Assembly (NCBI GenBank): GCA_039024555.1
Contig: JBCCQQ010000099.1
Location: 1 to 15,213, forward strand
From: Cyanobacteria bacterium P01_D01_bin.156
GTDB taxonomy: Bacteria; Cyanobacteriota; Cyanobacteriia; Phormidesmidales; Phormidesmidaceae
Reading direction: 5' to 3'
Length of the DNA: 15,213 bases
Position 1 is the stretch's first letter. Each line of letters begins with the position of its first letter. Under the pieces are notes generated by a model, which saw only the letters and a program-made list of their open reading frames with translations, was not told the DNA's origin and made no database searches. Made by a program: the position numbers and the translations under genes. Positions 1-8,877 of this stretch are shown in pieces.

Positions 1-62
1 ACCACCCCTTCGAGGTGCTGATGTTCGGACTCGCTTAACCGGACGATATATTTCTTCTGCAT
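1..62 (-). CDS. IS630-family transposase, N-terminal fragment (HTH region), truncated by window edge
   Basis: Manual translation from ATG at 62: MQKKYIVRLSESEHQHLEGV..., matching the MxKKYIVRLxxxER-type start of IS630 transposases. The frame is open to position 1. Confidence 0.8.
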   Translation of the reverse strand, partial: MQKKYIVRLSESEHQHLEGV

Positions 63-137
63 GGGACGTTTGCTTGCTCCATACAGACTATCGCAACACT
101 CTCGAAGATCCCAATTCTTAACTCTGACGCTCCACTA
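1..137 (-). mobile_element. Left end of an IS630-family insertion sequence (continues beyond the window start)
   Basis: The minus strand reads CTAG-TGGAGCGTCAGAGTTAAG..., then GGAG and an ATG at 62 opening an IS630-like transposase N-terminus. The TA at 136-137 within CTAG (135-138) fits the TA target duplication of IS630 elements. The other end is not visible. Confidence 0.75.
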
Positions 138-865
138 GTCTTGGTGTTGGGCTTGCCTCTCTTTTATTGTCCATAATACTCTTTTCAGCATCACAGCAGT
201 CCCCTAAGCCAACATACTTGGTCTCAGAGGATACACCACGGATCTTTGACAGTAGTCTGTCATCACCAAACCTGAGAGTTATCGACTTCCAAGGACAAGA
301 AGTTGAGCAAAACATTTACGTGGCCACGATAACTTTCTGGAATGCTGGGAATGTTTCTATTGAACAAGATGATATACGTAAGCCCATTCGCTTTGAGTTT
401 GTAGAAGCAGAGAGAGTTCTTGATACCGCTGTACTTGCTGCTGTGCATCCAGAAATAGGAGAATATCAACTTGATATTTCTCAGAGTGAGGCTAATATTC
501 TGAGCAATCAAGTAGGATTATCGTGGAAATATCTCGATCCAAATTTTGGTGTCAAATTCAATGTAATTTACGTTAGCAATCAACCCTCAAAGGTGGATAT
601 AAAAGGGAATATATTAGGGAGCGATAGCTTTTTTGATAGTCGGTCAATAGCAAAGCGCCTTGCAGATAATACTCTTTTAGGAGTCACTTTTTCTACCTTA
701 TTCGGTGTAACTATTAGTATTTTGACTAATGTTTTGATGAGCACACTGCCAAGTACGAAGTTAAAACTTCTCAAGTGGAGGCTTGTCTTTTATATTCTTC
801 TATTCTTAGGTTGCGCATCAGGTGTTTATTTTTTAATATTTCGCGGTATCCCAGCTCCACTATAG
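137..865 (+). pseudogene. Hypothetical membrane protein, probably 5'-truncated by the IS (ORF track start is TTG at 167)
   Basis: The frame is open upstream of 167 (SLGVGLASLLLSIILFS, one hydrophobic helix) back to the IS junction, with no ATG and a TGA at 125-127 inside the IS. It has a soluble middle domain and two C-terminal TM segments, and is visibly more AT-rich than the rest of the window. Confidence 0.6.
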
Positions 866-940
866 TGAAGTGAAACCTAGATTTTATGGAATTTTGGCTC
901 GTTTTCGCCGTAATTTTTAGTGTTAAGTGGTAAGTATCTT

Positions 941-1028
941 GCCTAACACTTCATTGAAGCGGTTGCGCTGACGGTTACTCTGATTTTTCCAAGAGTAGGT
1001 CTTGCGCTGTTGAACTTAACTGTTCAGT
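941..1028 (+). other. Degenerate attC-like (integron cassette) recombination site
   Basis: GCCTAAC-ACTTC-ATTGAAGCGG...CTGTTGAAC-TTAACT-GTTCAGT has the R''/L''...L'/R' layout, with internal complementarity (GCGC/GCGC, GAC/GTC, TACTCT/AGAGTA). R' deviates from GTTRRRY. Confidence 0.45.
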
Positions 1029-1400
1029 TGATAGGTGCCAAGATTCGGGACGCTAGTGTCTAGTGTATCCCCCTTCTCTAGCTATTCCAGTAGCTCATCC
1101 CATCAACGCTACTTTTGTCAGACCTAGGCCAATGCAAACTGTTGCACAGCGCTGACCACTGACAGGCGCTGTATAATTCCAGCTCCCAAGAGGGATTTTC
1201 AAGCCACTTCTATCCATAAACTGCGCCTACCCCCAGGCTAGTTAACACGGATGCTAGACTCAGGCTAAAGATGCTTACAAGAAGAACTACTCATAGGCGA
1301 TTTGTGTAATGCAATCTCGCTCAACAACAAGACTAAAGCCGATGGACAGCTCACCAATCCACCCGAAATGCCAATGGCCAAAATCGATGACCAGTCTTTT

Positions 1401-1928
1401 TTATTTTCTCAAACTCTGACTGATGCGAGTACACGTTAAATAGGTATAGATTTTGAGCGAGCCAGGAGCCTGAGTAAGTTCAAAGGAGATAACCTGCCAT
1501 CGAGAATCTTCCTGCTTTTCAGGCTGAAAGATTACCGGCAGACCATACAGACGCAGCTTGCCACAGTAGATTCGGTGAAACCAATCAGACCCAGACTCCA
1601 GATAGGGGGTTACCAACTTTCGATACCGCTGGGCTAGGGTGATTCCAGTCGCATGAAACCCTTGGTGGTGCAGATGATCCAACGCAGAAAAGAGTTCGGT
1701 CCGCAGACTCTCAATCTTCTGATGCTGGCGATACCAGCGACCTTGCCAGGACCGCCAACGCCGCCCTGAATCGAGATGAATCACTTCGTTCTTCTTAGAA
1801 CCGACTTCAAACAGACCGTGGCGGGGGCAGAGATAAGCATTCGTTAGCACCAGAGCTGGAATCGAGCGATTGCAGCAGGGGCAATGAATGGTTTCGCCCA
1901 ATGGGGGTAAGAGAGAACCCAGACTCAT
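1401..1928 (-). CDS. TIGR02652 / DUF2396 family protein (cyanobacterial, putative Zn-ribbon)
   Basis: CxxC-x14-CxxH motif (CPCC...CPRH), plus HLDSGRRWRSWQGRWYRQH and RLYGLPV motifs; 175 aa. ATGA overlap with the upstream WD40 stop. Confidence 0.85.
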   Translation of the reverse strand: MSLGSLLPPLGETIHCPCCNRSIPALVLTNAYLCPRHGLFEVGSKKNEVIHLDSGRRWRSWQGRWYRQHQKIESLRTELFSALDHLHHQGFHATGITLAQRYRKLVTPYLESGSDWFHRIYCGKLRLYGLPVIFQPEKQEDSRWQVISFELTQAPGSLKIYTYLTCTRISQSLRK

Positions 1929-3037
1929 AGTAGCCCCTTCGGATGGTTACAAAGACGCTGTCTGGCATCGGAGCAAAGGGTCCACACCATGACCTCACCC
2001 TGCTGACCACCAGCTGCTAAATACTCTCCGGTCGGGTGCCAGCTCAAACAAGAAAAGCCTTCCTTGGCTCCTTCCAATACTTGAGCTGGTTCTACAGCAG
2101 CCTGCCACAGAATAATCCATCCATCCTCCGATAAGGAGGCCAGTAATCCGGTTTCGGGTTGAAACGCCAAATCTAAAACGGTGTCTCCATGTAAATCTAG
2201 CAACCAGCTTTGCCATCCCTCATCAGGAATCAGCATCAACATAGCGACTAGGTCTCGTGAGGCAGCTGCCAAAATGGGAGAGCGCTCAGCATCGGGAATA
2301 TCTGCCCAAGCGAACTGTCGAATCTTGCCGGGGAAACCTCCCAGCAGAGAGGCCAAATCGGTTGGCAGATCGGGGGATTTTTTCAGGGCACTCATTTTTT
2401 CCCAGGGAAGGACACCGACGCTGTTATCCTGATTGCCTGATGCCAAATAGGCTCCCTCAGGAGACCATTGCAAGACTCGACTGACGGAACTGAGCTCCCA
2501 TGCATATTGAGGAGAAATCCAGCGAGCCGTGTCCCAAACGAGAACTAGTTGCTGAGCCGAAACCGCTAGATGCTGACCATCGGGAGCCCAGCCTAGATCC
2601 TGCACAGTACCCGGCAAATCTAAAGCGGCTAGGTCCACACCCTGGTCGGCATCCCAAATATGAACCGTTCTGCCGCAGTTATAGGCCAGCCAGGGTTTAT
2701 GGGGATGCCACTGTAGGCGGTCAATCCAGGTTGAGCCCCAGGTGAATGTCTTTACCAGCTCTGGCGAGTCGGTAGATAGCTTCCAGAGCAACACCTCTCC
2801 AGTTTGACCAGCTGCTGCCAGCCACTGACCATCTCCCGAAAATTCGACAGCGTCAATGGAAGCACCACTTGCTGTTTGGAGTAGGGTTTCTTGAAAGCCC
2901 TCTTGCCACAGAGCTACCTCTCCTGCTCCAGAAGCGATCGCTAACCTATGGCCAACCGGTGCCCAGACCACAGCGGTAATATAGTCCGACAGCGATCGGT
3001 GAGTCTGGAGTTCTACTAAAGGTTTGAGAGAGAGCAT
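1925..3037 (-). CDS. WD40-repeat beta-propeller protein
   Basis: Repeated W(S/A/H)PxG-xx-LA...G-x-V-xx-W units throughout. Resembles the WD40 proteins that accompany COG0523 genes in cyanobacteria. Confidence 0.9.
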   Translation of the reverse strand: MLSLKPLVELQTHRSLSDYITAVVWAPVGHRLAIASGAGEVALWQEGFQETLLQTASGASIDAVEFSGDGQWLAAAGQTGEVLLWKLSTDSPELVKTFTWGSTWIDRLQWHPHKPWLAYNCGRTVHIWDADQGVDLAALDLPGTVQDLGWAPDGQHLAVSAQQLVLVWDTARWISPQYAWELSSVSRVLQWSPEGAYLASGNQDNSVGVLPWEKMSALKKSPDLPTDLASLLGGFPGKIRQFAWADIPDAERSPILAAASRDLVAMLMLIPDEGWQSWLLDLHGDTVLDLAFQPETGLLASLSEDGWIILWQAAVEPAQVLEGAKEGFSCLSWHPTGEYLAAGGQQGEVMVWTLCSDARQRLCNHPKGLL

Positions 3038-3078
3038 AGTAGAGCTTGAAACAGAATGAACTCTTCAGAAAACATTGC

Positions 3079-3465
3079 TCAAGGCTGGGAAGGCAGCACG
3101 GGCGGAATGCGAGCCAGAATTCCCTTCTGTAATATGGCAGGACGTTCTCTACGCGGTATTACCCCATCGTCGCTAGCTACATACTGAGTGGCCAATTGAG
3201 CAATGGCAGTCGAGCTGTCGAGAGCGGGCAAATCACCAAACATCAGTGTGGTTTTTTCGGGAGAGGCGAGAGCAACCGTACAAAACCGATTGCAAGCACT
3301 AAGGCACTCCACGGGTTGAACATTCACGTTGGATGGCAACTGTCCTTGTTGCTGACATTCCACTAAACTCTGCCACAGGTGGTGTCCACCTCGCTGGCCC
3401 AGGTGCTCTCGTTGACCCGCGGCAAAGTTGCAGGAAGTGCAAACAAACAAAGTGTGCTGAGACAT
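3079..3465 (-). CDS. DUF1636 family putative metal-binding protein
   Basis: TLFVCTSC ... VECLSACNRFCTVAL ... FGDL ... ARIPP pattern with the conserved Cys cluster. Confidence 0.85.
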   Translation of the reverse strand: MSQHTLFVCTSCNFAAGQREHLGQRGGHHLWQSLVECQQQGQLPSNVNVQPVECLSACNRFCTVALASPEKTTLMFGDLPALDSSTAIAQLATQYVASDDGVIPRRERPAILQKGILARIPPVLPSQP

Positions 3466-3572
3466 AGGATTTACTCAGTTTGAAGTAGGCCAATTAAATC
3501 AACGTCATCTAAGACTGTGCGAGGTGTCAATGTTTCTCATGGGAGGGGCCATGTTGAAGTACAAGAGGATGC

Positions 3573-5444
3573 CTAGACAGTGCTTTTGTTAGCGATCGCA
3601 TCTTTTAATTTCTCGATCACCTCTGGCACCGTTAGAGCCCCCAAATCACCACTTTGGCGAGTGCGAACGCCTAATGTCTGGGAATCCATTTCTCGCTGGC
3701 CGATTACAGAAATAACCGGAATCTTCTCCAATTCTGCAGTACGCATTTGCTTACCCAGACGCTCACCGCTGGTATCGACCTCCACGCGAAAACCTTGTTG
3801 CTGTAATGTCTGGGCTACCTGATTGGCATAGTCTCGCTGAGCATCGCTAACAGGCAACAGTCGCACCTGTACTGGAGCCAGCCACAGGGGAAAAACGCCT
3901 GTATAGTTTTCCACCAGAATGCCGAAGAACCTTTCCAGAGAACCAAAAATGGCCCGATGAATCATAATTGGGCGCTGTCGAGAGCCATCCGCTGCGACGT
4001 ATTGCAGATCAAATCGCTCTGGCAAATTAAAGTCCACCTGCAGGGTGGAGCACTGCCACATCCGACCGATAGCGTCCTTAATCTTGATATCGATTTTGGG
4101 ACCGTAGAAGGCTCCACCACCGTCATCAATCACGTAGGCCCATTCTTTAACATTCAGTGCTTTTTGCAGTGCCGAAGTGGCCAGTTCCCAGATGTCGTCG
4201 CTGCCCACAGACTTAGTAGGACGGGTGGAAAGATTTATCTCGTAGTCAGTAAAACCAAAGTCTGAGAGAATCTTTTCTGTTAAGTTCAGCACTCCTAAAA
4301 TCTCTTCTGTCACCTGCTCTGGTAAACAGAAAATGTGAGCGTCATCCTGAGTAAACCCGCGGACACGCATCAGGCCGTGGAGCGTCCCGGATCGTTCATA
4401 GCGATATACCGTACCCAGTTCGGCCCAGCGAATTGGCAACTCCCGGTAAGAATGGAGCTGATGCTGATAGGTAAGCACATGGAAGGGACAATTCATGGGT
4501 TTGAGCTGATACTGTTGCTCCTCCACAGTGATTTTCTCAAACATACTCTCTTGATAAAAGTCCAGATGCCCGGAGGTTTGCCAGAGATCATGATTGGCAA
4601 TGTGGGGGGTGTAAAGTAGCTCATATCCTCCCTGCAGGTGAGACTGACGCCAGTAGTCTTCAATCAACAAGCGCATGCGGGCTCCTTTGGGATGCCAGAA
4701 CACCAGCCCGCCCCCTGCAGCCTCTTGAATACTAAATAGATCCAAGGTCTGTCCCAGTTTGCGATGGTCGCGCCGTTTGGCTTCCTCTTTCTGAGTCAGG
4801 TAGGCTTTTAGTTGTTCTGGAGTTTCCCAAGCGGTGCCGTAAATGCGCTGGAGCTGCGGCTGTTTTTCATCACCCCGCCAGTAGGCTCCGGCCACACTTT
4901 CTAAAGCAAAGGCTTTAGGATGCAGTTCGCCGGTGCGGTTCAAATGGGGACCGGCGCACAAGTCCCACCAGCAGGCTTTATTAGACTTAGATGTTTTCTG
5001 CTCCGATGGCGAATTGAATAAAGATGGATCTGCGTCAGCTGGTAGCGGGTCAGGGCAACCGATGTAGTAGCGGGTAATCGGCTCACCAGATGGGATGCCA
5101 TCGAGAATTTCCAGCTTATAGGGCTCATTCAGTTGCTCAATCTCTGTGCGGATATCATCCCGCTCCACTGTTTCGCGAATGATCGGCAGATTTTGCCCGA
5201 TGATGCGCCGCATTTTTGATGTGATCTGCTTGAGATCCTCAGGCGTAAATGGGTCAGCCCGATCAAAGTCGTAGTAAAACCCCGTATCTGTGCAGGGGCC
5301 GATGGTGACTTTTGTTTCTGGGAATAGGTTTTGCACTGCCATGGCTAATACATGGGCACAGGTATGGCGAAGCCGTGCTAACTGCTCTGCATCAGTTGCT
5401 GCTGGACTGGTTGCGGACTGCGGACGGGAGACTTGACTGACCAT
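3573..5444 (-). CDS. thrS: Threonine--tRNA ligase, probable Zur-regulated paralog (ThrRS-T2 type)
   Basis: Editing motifs RHTCAH and DLCAGPH; catalytic KPMNCP, YRYERSG, RVRGFTQDDAH, AFYGPKID, MIHRAIFGSLERF; anticodon-binding domain; no TGS domain. Zur box 13 nt upstream. Confidence 0.97.
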   Translation of the reverse strand: MVSQVSRPQSATSPAATDAEQLARLRHTCAHVLAMAVQNLFPETKVTIGPCTDTGFYYDFDRADPFTPEDLKQITSKMRRIIGQNLPIIRETVERDDIRTEIEQLNEPYKLEILDGIPSGEPITRYYIGCPDPLPADADPSLFNSPSEQKTSKSNKACWWDLCAGPHLNRTGELHPKAFALESVAGAYWRGDEKQPQLQRIYGTAWETPEQLKAYLTQKEEAKRRDHRKLGQTLDLFSIQEAAGGGLVFWHPKGARMRLLIEDYWRQSHLQGGYELLYTPHIANHDLWQTSGHLDFYQESMFEKITVEEQQYQLKPMNCPFHVLTYQHQLHSYRELPIRWAELGTVYRYERSGTLHGLMRVRGFTQDDAHIFCLPEQVTEEILGVLNLTEKILSDFGFTDYEINLSTRPTKSVGSDDIWELATSALQKALNVKEWAYVIDDGGGAFYGPKIDIKIKDAIGRMWQCSTLQVDFNLPERFDLQYVAADGSRQRPIMIHRAIFGSLERFFGILVENYTGVFPLWLAPVQVRLLPVSDAQRDYANQVAQTLQQQGFRVEVDTSGERLGKQMRTAELEKIPVISVIGQREMDSQTLGVRTRQSGDLGALTVPEVIEKLKDAIANKSTV

Positions 5445-5456
5445 GAAAAGTCAAAA

Positions 5457-5471
5457 TTAGAATGATTCTCA
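5457..5471 (-). promoter_or_regulatory. Zur box upstream of thrS
   Basis: TTAGAAT-G-ATTCTCA, a near-perfect 7-1-7 palindrome related to the cyanobacterial Zur consensus. Candidate extended -10 (TGaTAGTTT, minus strand, 5485-5477) lies immediately upstream. Confidence 0.75.
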
Positions 5472-5851
5472 TTCTCAAACTATCACAGAGATCAAAAATT
5501 GAGTGCTTTCGTAGCGAAACCAAAGGTTTCGGGTTTTTGGGTCTGAACGATTGTTAGCTTCTTTAACGATTCCTTGAGCGTAGAAAATCCTTTGATCAAC
5601 GAATTCACCTTGCCCAATCTTGGGCGTTGGGGCCTGCACAACGTTTAGCAACGGTGACAACTACTTGAGTTAGAAATTTCTTGGCTCAATGAACTCACCC
5701 TTCCAGGATTTGGGTGGCTAGATCAAAAGCTCATAAATCAAATAGTTTGTTTATCTCCTGAAATATTGGGTTCATCCAACTTACATATTTCAGTTCAAAA
5801 GACCGGATGGCTAATGTCCCCTGTCAAACAAGCTCCGCTTCCGAAATCGTC

Positions 5852-6265
5852 TTACCCACCTTGAGCTGAACAGGGTTCACAGAGACCAAAGAATTCAAGG
5901 GTGTGATAGTAAACCTTAAACGAACCAGTATGTTGGGTTGGAAACTGTAAGCCATGGAGAGGACACATATCGAGAGGAAACGATTTGCCACAGTCCAAGC
6001 AGGTCATGTAGTGGTGGTCCTGTTCCACTGCGTTGTAGAGTGTTTCCCCCGTCAGGGTTATCCGATGCTGCACCCTGCCCATACGCTTGAGTGCATCCAA
6101 GGCTCGATATACCGTTGCTAAACCAATCTTCTGGTTTTGTTTGATAAGGGTGTACAGCGCCTGAGCCGAGATTGGTTCAGACTGTTGCTGTAATACCTTC
6201 AGTACCGCTGTTTGCGCCCGAGTACAGTGAACCTGAGTCATGGTCGTTAAGGATTGTGATTGCAT
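5852..6265 (-). CDS. zur: Fur-family regulator, Zur (FurB) type; start uncertain (ATG 6265 or 6241)
   Basis: ISAQ..Y, GLATVYRAL helix, DHHYMTCLDC, CPLH, YHTLEFFGLCEPC; two CxxC motifs as in cyanobacterial Zur. Confidence 0.88.
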   Translation of the reverse strand: MQSQSLTTMTQVHCTRAQTAVLKVLQQQSEPISAQALYTLIKQNQKIGLATVYRALDALKRMGRVQHRITLTGETLYNAVEQDHHYMTCLDCGKSFPLDMCPLHGLQFPTQHTGSFKVYYHTLEFFGLCEPCSAQGG

Positions 6266-6274
6266 CAATTCTAG

Positions 6275-7408
<1,134 letters not shown>

Positions 7409-7477
7409 CAGGGCAACGCTTAAAAATCAATCAGGGCAAAGCTTAAGCACTAATGTTGTTTTGAAGAGAGAAAAGTA

Positions 7478-8677
7478 ATGTCTAGACTGAGTTTTCAACG
7501 ACAGATACAACAGTTATCGATTGTGGCCCTAGGTGCAATCGTCACCCTCGGTGGCTGTACAGCTGCTCCTACGGCCACTAGCGAGGCAGAGCCTTCTTCA
7601 GAAGCGGCGGCACCTGCTGAAGATTCCTTGCAGGTGGTCACGACGTTTTTGCCCATAACCCAGTTCACCAAGGCGGTAGCGGGCGATCGCGCTGAAGTGG
7701 TACAGCTACTCCCCACTAATGTGGGTCCCCACGACTTTCAGGCTAAACCCAGTGATGTCCAGGCGGTTGCTGGGGCAGACGTGTTAGTCAAAAACGGTCT
7801 AGAAATGGAATTCTTTCTAGATGACATGATCGAGAATGCAGAAAATTCCGATCTGGTTACCATAGACTCCAGTGAAGAGGTTGCTGCCTTTGCTGGTGAA
7901 GAAGAAGGCCATGATGACCATGGTGACGAAGACGATCACGGCCATGACCATGGTGCAGAATCCCATGCTAAAGAAGATGATCATGGCCATGACCATGGTG
8001 ATGAATCTCATGACGATCACGCGGGCGAGAAGGCGGCCCATGGTGAAGAAGGTCATGACGACCATGGTGAAGGAGCCCACAGCCATGTCCATGGTGAATT
8101 TGACCCGCACATTTGGCTAGACCCCAAGCGCGCCATTGAACAGGTGGAAAATATTCGTGACGGGTTGATTGCGATTGATCCAGAAGGAGAGGCTGAATAC
8201 ACGGCTAATGCGGCTGCATTTATTACTGAACTGCAGGCATTGGACGCTGACATTACGGAAATGTTGTCCCCCTTTGCTGGTCAGACCTTTGTGGTATTCC
8301 ATGACTTTGCTGCCTACTTTGCCAGCAGCTATGGCCTGGAGACCGATGTTTTGGTGGGTCTGCCTGACGAAAGCCCATCTCCAGACGATGTGAAACGGGT
8401 GATGGATACTGTGCAGGCAGAAGGGCTAAAAACTATCATGACCGAACCCCAGGCTGGAGAATCTTCTTTTAAGGCGATCGCTCAGGATCTTGCCATTGGT
8501 GTCAGTGAGTTTGATCCTCTAGAAGTTGGTCCTCCAGAGGCGATAGAGCCAGACTACTATCTAACCACCATGCGTCAGAATGCTGAGAATCTGGCAAATA
8601 GCTTTGGGGCATCCACACAATCCTGGTATCCATTCTGGACCCCTCAGTCGGTGGCGGCTATCGATTGGCGGCTTTAG
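7478..8677 (+). CDS. znuA: Zinc ABC transporter substrate-binding lipoprotein with His-rich loop
   Basis: Lipobox LGGC, PHDF, NGLEME, DPHIWLDP, FHD and DPLE motifs; long His/Asp/Glu loop. Confidence 0.93.
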   Translation: MSRLSFQRQIQQLSIVALGAIVTLGGCTAAPTATSEAEPSSEAAAPAEDSLQVVTTFLPITQFTKAVAGDRAEVVQLLPTNVGPHDFQAKPSDVQAVAGADVLVKNGLEMEFFLDDMIENAENSDLVTIDSSEEVAAFAGEEEGHDDHGDEDDHGHDHGAESHAKEDDHGHDHGDESHDDHAGEKAAHGEEGHDDHGEGAHSHVHGEFDPHIWLDPKRAIEQVENIRDGLIAIDPEGEAEYTANAAAFITELQALDADITEMLSPFAGQTFVVFHDFAAYFASSYGLETDVLVGLPDESPSPDDVKRVMDTVQAEGLKTIMTEPQAGESSFKAIAQDLAIGVSEFDPLEVGPPEAIEPDYYLTTMRQNAENLANSFGASTQSWYPFWTPQSVAAIDWRL

Positions 8678-8735
8678 AATACATCTCTGGTAGGGAATCT
8701 AGTTCTTATGCCCCTTTAGGAGTATCTATGTTCTC

Positions 8736-8775
8736 CCGATCCAGCCAACCGGGAAACTCCGGTTGGCTGGATCGG
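8736..8775. repeat. Perfect 17-bp inverted repeat between znuA and znuC
   Basis: CCGATCCAGCCAACCGG-gaaact-CCGGTTGGCTGGATCGG; no adjacent U-tract. Confidence 0.9.
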
Positions 8776-8877
8776 ACGGAGTATGGTTTTTCTGGTTAAG
8801 GGGCCTCGACACCTAACGTATGATTTGGATAATCTACTTAGTTCGGAGCATTATTTTATAGGGTCAGGAGAAAACAG

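Noticed and set aside
1040..1400. Small hairpins and partial repeats (ACAGCGC/GCGCTGT; CAGGCTA...GATGCT twice) as ncRNA or CRISPR
   Set aside because: Too short and irregular; no constant repeat-spacer periodicity.
5515..5531. Hairpin CGAAACC-aaa-GGTTTCG as terminator
   Set aside because: The T-rich tail is on the plus strand where no gene ends, and it is far from the zur stop.
5475..5660. 61-aa ORF upstream of thrS as leader peptide or T-box region
   Set aside because: Not Thr-rich, TTG start, no T-box motif seen. The Zur box and -10 next to thrS imply a short leader.
7898..8092. CRISPR-like periodicity in znuA
   Set aside because: In-frame coding repeats of the His-rich loop.
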